The translations under genes were made by a program, and so were the position numbers. From a bacterium (GTDB lineage: Bacteria > Zhuqueibacterota > Zhuqueibacteria > Residuimicrobiales > Krinioviventaceae): a stretch of DNA of 64,000 bases. Below are positions 60,885-64,000 of the stretch, piece after piece. Under the pieces are notes generated by a model. It worked only from the letters and a program-made list of their open reading frames with translations, searched no databases and had not been told where the DNA came from. Position 1 is the stretch's first letter. Each line of letters starts with the position of its first letter. Location: assembly GCA_963693055.1 (NCBI GenBank), contig OY843751.1, positions 1,184,001-1,248,000 of the forward strand, written 5' to 3'.

Positions 60885-63623
60885 ATGAAGAAAATGACAA
60901 AACTGAAACTATTATTCGTTCTCGTTATGCTGCCGGTTCTTGCATTTTCGCAAGCAATTAATACGACTATTTCAGGCCATGTCTATGACAAGGATACAGG
61001 TGATGGTCTGCCCGGTGTAAACATAATCGTTCAGGGTACTTATAAAGGTACTGCTACGGATGCAAATGGTTATTTTGAGATCAAAAGCCTTTCTCCTGGT
61101 GATTATGATATTAAAGCATCAATGATTGGTTACATTGTACAGATCCAAACCGGTATCAAAGTACAATTGAACCGTACAACAACTCTCGACTTTAAACTCG
61201 AACCTACAGTGTTGGCCTTTGGTCAAACCGTAGAAGTCGTTGGTGAAAAACCATTGTTTGATGCTGAATTGACAGCTTCTGAACAGCGCATGTCTGAAGA
61301 AGAAATCAAACAAAAGGTTGTTGAAGATGTAAATGATCTGGTAGCTGACCAGGTAGGTGTTGTAGTGCAAGACAACAAGATCTTTATTCGCGGTGGTCGT
61401 GCTGATGAAAGTATGTATGTGATCGACGGCCAGTCCATCAAAGATCCTTTGTCTGGTTATTCCAACACACTCTATATTAATGCTTCAGCCATCAAAGAGC
61501 TCAAGGTGATTACCGGTGGTTTTGACGCGGAATATGGTCAGGCCATGTCAGGCATTATTGACGTAGAGACCAGAGAAGGTGGAGATGAGTACGAGGGTAA
61601 CTTTGTGATCAAGACTGACAATCTTTTGTCAAACTATGTCAACAGTCACAATACAGATATCATCCAGTTTAATATTGGTGGTCCTGACCCTATTACTTCA
61701 AATTTGCTCCCCAATATCGGATTGGATCTTCCGGGTGAACTGGCATTCTTTTTCAGTGGTTATACTCATTTGTCAGATACCTACTTGCCTCATGCGAACA
61801 AACTCTATCCGTCAAAATCAGCATTTAATGATTTTGCACCCCGTGAGGAAAATGACTGGCATATACTTGGCAAATTGTCATGGACACTTAAACCCGGTCA
61901 AAAATTGACGTATTCCTATGATCGTTCATTAAACATTAACCAGGGATACTTTTTACCTCGTGTAAGTGGTGAACGTGGTTATCCTTATGATTTTCAGGAA
62001 AATCTGGATCATTATAACACATTTACCAAAGAGGGGTTCCTGAGTACTTTAAAGTGGACCCATACCTTGAATGCTACTACTTTTTATAATTTGAGCATTT
62101 CAAGATTTTATACCAGTTTACACTCTGCGGTTCAAAATAAACACTGGTCCGACTATGTTCAGTATCTTGACCTTGAACCTATCTATTATTATCCCACCAG
62201 TGATGGTAGTATTGAAACCCGCTTTGGAGATGGTTTCTGGGATTATGGTGATTCAGAAAACTGGTATGATTACTTTAGTGATACCTGGACTTTGAAGGGT
62301 GATTTTACCTATAACCCCAATGAACGCCATTCTATGAAAATGGGATTAGAATCCCGATATACGGATATGCAGGTGATTGATATCAATGCACCCTGGTATG
62401 GTGAATCTGGACTGGGACGTAACCATGATTTTTTCAGAGTATTTCCCAATGATGGCTCTTTATACATTCAGGATAGAATTACCTACAGTGGTATGATTGT
62501 GAATCTGGGATTGCGTTACGATTACTGGTTCCCGGGAAAATATGTTGACGATGCCATTCAAGATCCAGAAACCGTGATCATTACAGATGAAGCCCGTGAA
62601 AAATATCTTGAAGATACATTTGAGGTTTTTGGGCTGCACGGAAAAGGCCACCTGAGTCCACGGTTGGGTATTTCTCACCCAGTTACAGATAATGATGTGC
62701 TTTATATGCATTATGGCCATTTTTCTCAAAAGCCAAAAGGTCAATATGTATATGCCAAGTTGAAATCTACTTCCGAGGCAACATACCAATTGTTCGGGAA
62801 TCCTAATCTTGATCCTACAACTACGGTTGCGTACGAGTTGGGTTTAAAACACCGTTTTAACGCAAACCAGACAATTGAGATCAAGGCATATTATAAAGAT
62901 ATGTTTGATTATCCCACGGCTGTGAGTGTTAAAAAATACAGTCCGCGTTATGGAAACATTAGTTATCTCATGTATGTGAATATGGATTATGCAAGATCCC
63001 GTGGTATTGAGATGCGTTTTCGTCGTAGGTATTCAAAATACCTGAGTGGCAATATTGATTTTTCATATGCTGTTGCTACCGGTAAAAGCTCTTCACCCAA
63101 CACCAATCTGTTGGTTGCCGCGGGTAAAGTGGAAGAAAAACCACTTGGCGAAACCAGCCTGTCTTGGGACAAGCCCTACAGGGTTTCAACTGACATTTAT
63201 TTTGATGTTCCTAAAGGAGATGGCTGGAATTTATTTGGATTTAAAATGCCCGAAGATTGGGGTGTTAGCGTACGCTGGGAGCTTGAATCCGGTAAGCGAT
63301 ATACCAAGCTTGTGGATGTAGACAATAATATATATGAAAGCGACGAGTACAACAGCCTGTCTAAAATGAAAATGCGAACAGATTTAAAATTTTACAAGAA
63401 TTTTACAATGTTCAACACGCTGTTGTCCTTTTTTGTAGAAGCTGAAAATGTTTTCAATAATAAAATACCGAGAATCATCAACCCGGTAACCGGCCAGCCT
63501 TATGAGCCGGGGGATGTAATTCCCGTAACCTGGTATGATGAAGCACAGGATCTACCACCGTCAAACCCTGCCCGCTATGAATGGCCACGACGGGTTATGA
63601 CCGGTCTTGAATTTCAGTTTTAA
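60885..63623 (+). CDS. TonB-dependent receptor with N-terminal carboxypeptidase-regulatory-like domain
   Basis: ISG.V.D..TG..LPGVN, plug IRGGR..E..YVIDG, GGFDAEYG, SPRLG, terminal Phe; ATG 60885 preferred over TTG 60858. Confidence 0.92.
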   Translation: MKKMTKLKLLFVLVMLPVLAFSQAINTTISGHVYDKDTGDGLPGVNIIVQGTYKGTATDANGYFEIKSLSPGDYDIKASMIGYIVQIQTGIKVQLNRTTTLDFKLEPTVLAFGQTVEVVGEKPLFDAELTASEQRMSEEEIKQKVVEDVNDLVADQVGVVVQDNKIFIRGGRADESMYVIDGQSIKDPLSGYSNTLYINASAIKELKVITGGFDAEYGQAMSGIIDVETREGGDEYEGNFVIKTDNLLSNYVNSHNTDIIQFNIGGPDPITSNLLPNIGLDLPGELAFFFSGYTHLSDTYLPHANKLYPSKSAFNDFAPREENDWHILGKLSWTLKPGQKLTYSYDRSLNINQGYFLPRVSGERGYPYDFQENLDHYNTFTKEGFLSTLKWTHTLNATTFYNLSISRFYTSLHSAVQNKHWSDYVQYLDLEPIYYYPTSDGSIETRFGDGFWDYGDSENWYDYFSDTWTLKGDFTYNPNERHSMKMGLESRYTDMQVIDINAPWYGESGLGRNHDFFRVFPNDGSLYIQDRITYSGMIVNLGLRYDYWFPGKYVDDAIQDPETVIITDEAREKYLEDTFEVFGLHGKGHLSPRLGISHPVTDNDVLYMHYGHFSQKPKGQYVYAKLKSTSEATYQLFGNPNLDPTTTVAYELGLKHRFNANQTIEIKAYYKDMFDYPTAVSVKKYSPRYGNISYLMYVNMDYARSRGIEMRFRRRYSKYLSGNIDFSYAVATGKSSSPNTNLLVAAGKVEEKPLGETSLSWDKPYRVSTDIYFDVPKGDGWNLFGFKMPEDWGVSVRWELESGKRYTKLVDVDNNIYESDEYNSLSKMKMRTDLKFYKNFTMFNTLLSFFVEAENVFNNKIPRIINPVTGQPYEPGDVIPVTWYDEAQDLPPSNPARYEWPRRVMTGLEFQF

Positions 63624-63644
63624 CCATGATTAATGATATTGGGT

Positions 63645-64000
63645 ATGAATGTGAAACAAATTAAATATATTACTTATGCACTAGTATTTTTATCTGCATC
63701 TTTTGTGTATTCACAAGGTTTGCTGCCAAAATTGGGTGAACAGCGTGCAGGAACAGCATCAATGACATTTTTAAAAATTGGAGTGGGTGCACGAGCTGTA
63801 TCCATGAGTGGTGCATACGTTGCAATGGCCGATGACGGTTCTGCAATGTACTGGAACCCCGCTGGAATTGTTCAAATTGGTAAAAATGAACTTGTAATGT
63901 CACATATGGATTGGCTTGCGGATATTAAATATGAATTTCTTGGGTACGCGCACCAGTTGAATTCAAATATTGGTATTGGTATGTATGTGGGCTATCTGCA
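63645..64000 (+). CDS. PorV/PorQ (UPF0164)-like outer-membrane protein, truncated by window end
   Basis: Not in ORF track; translated by hand: MNVKQIKY..FLKIGVGARAVSMSGAYVAMADDGSAMYWNPAG..SHMDWLADI; open to 64000 (alternative ATG 63633). Confidence 0.85.
   Translation, partial: MNVKQIKYITYALVFLSASFVYSQGLLPKLGEQRAGTASMTFLKIGVGARAVSMSGAYVAMADDGSAMYWNPAGIVQIGKNELVMSHMDWLADIKYEFLGYAHQLNSNIGIGMYVGYL

Overview
Gene-dense, almost entirely + strand bacterial window. T9SS-type C-terminal 'PNP(F/Y)' domains, a PorV-like gene and a TonB-dependent receptor, together with GGAG Shine-Dalgarno sites, suggest an FCB-affiliated diderm such as KSB1, Calditrichota or Marinimicrobia (inference). Five blocks: (1) 0.1-6.7 kb: metallophosphoesterase, a DUF4332/BON-LysM/DUF937/htpX/beta-CASP operon and a LOV-PP2C phosphatase. 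(2) 7.0-21.7 kb: chemosensory operon behind a sigma54-like promoter, with a double-tip soluble MCP, an MCP with two apparently periplasmic CZB domains, a His-less histidine kinase and a hybrid kinase. (3) 21.8-26.2 kb: exported YdjC deacetylase, ADP-ribosylglycohydrolase and nucleoside hydrolase, plus ribokinase. (4) 26.3-52.1 kb: LacI-associated sulfated fucan/L-galactan locus (5 Tat sulfatases, GH29, GH95, beta-propeller GHs, oxidative catabolism, uxaE, fucP) with a recurring TACTCGAGTA palindrome. (5) 52.1-64 kb: secreted EEP nuclease, lipoprotein DEDDh exonuclease, two CTD-bearing surface proteins (one with three OB-fold repeats), a lipoprotein, a TonB-dependent receptor and a PorV-like gene; this is the best candidate for an undescribed system, a SusD-less extracellular nucleic-acid utilisation locus. 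No rRNA, tRNA, CRISPR array or mobile element was recognised. All assignments are from motif reading by eye, not database searches.
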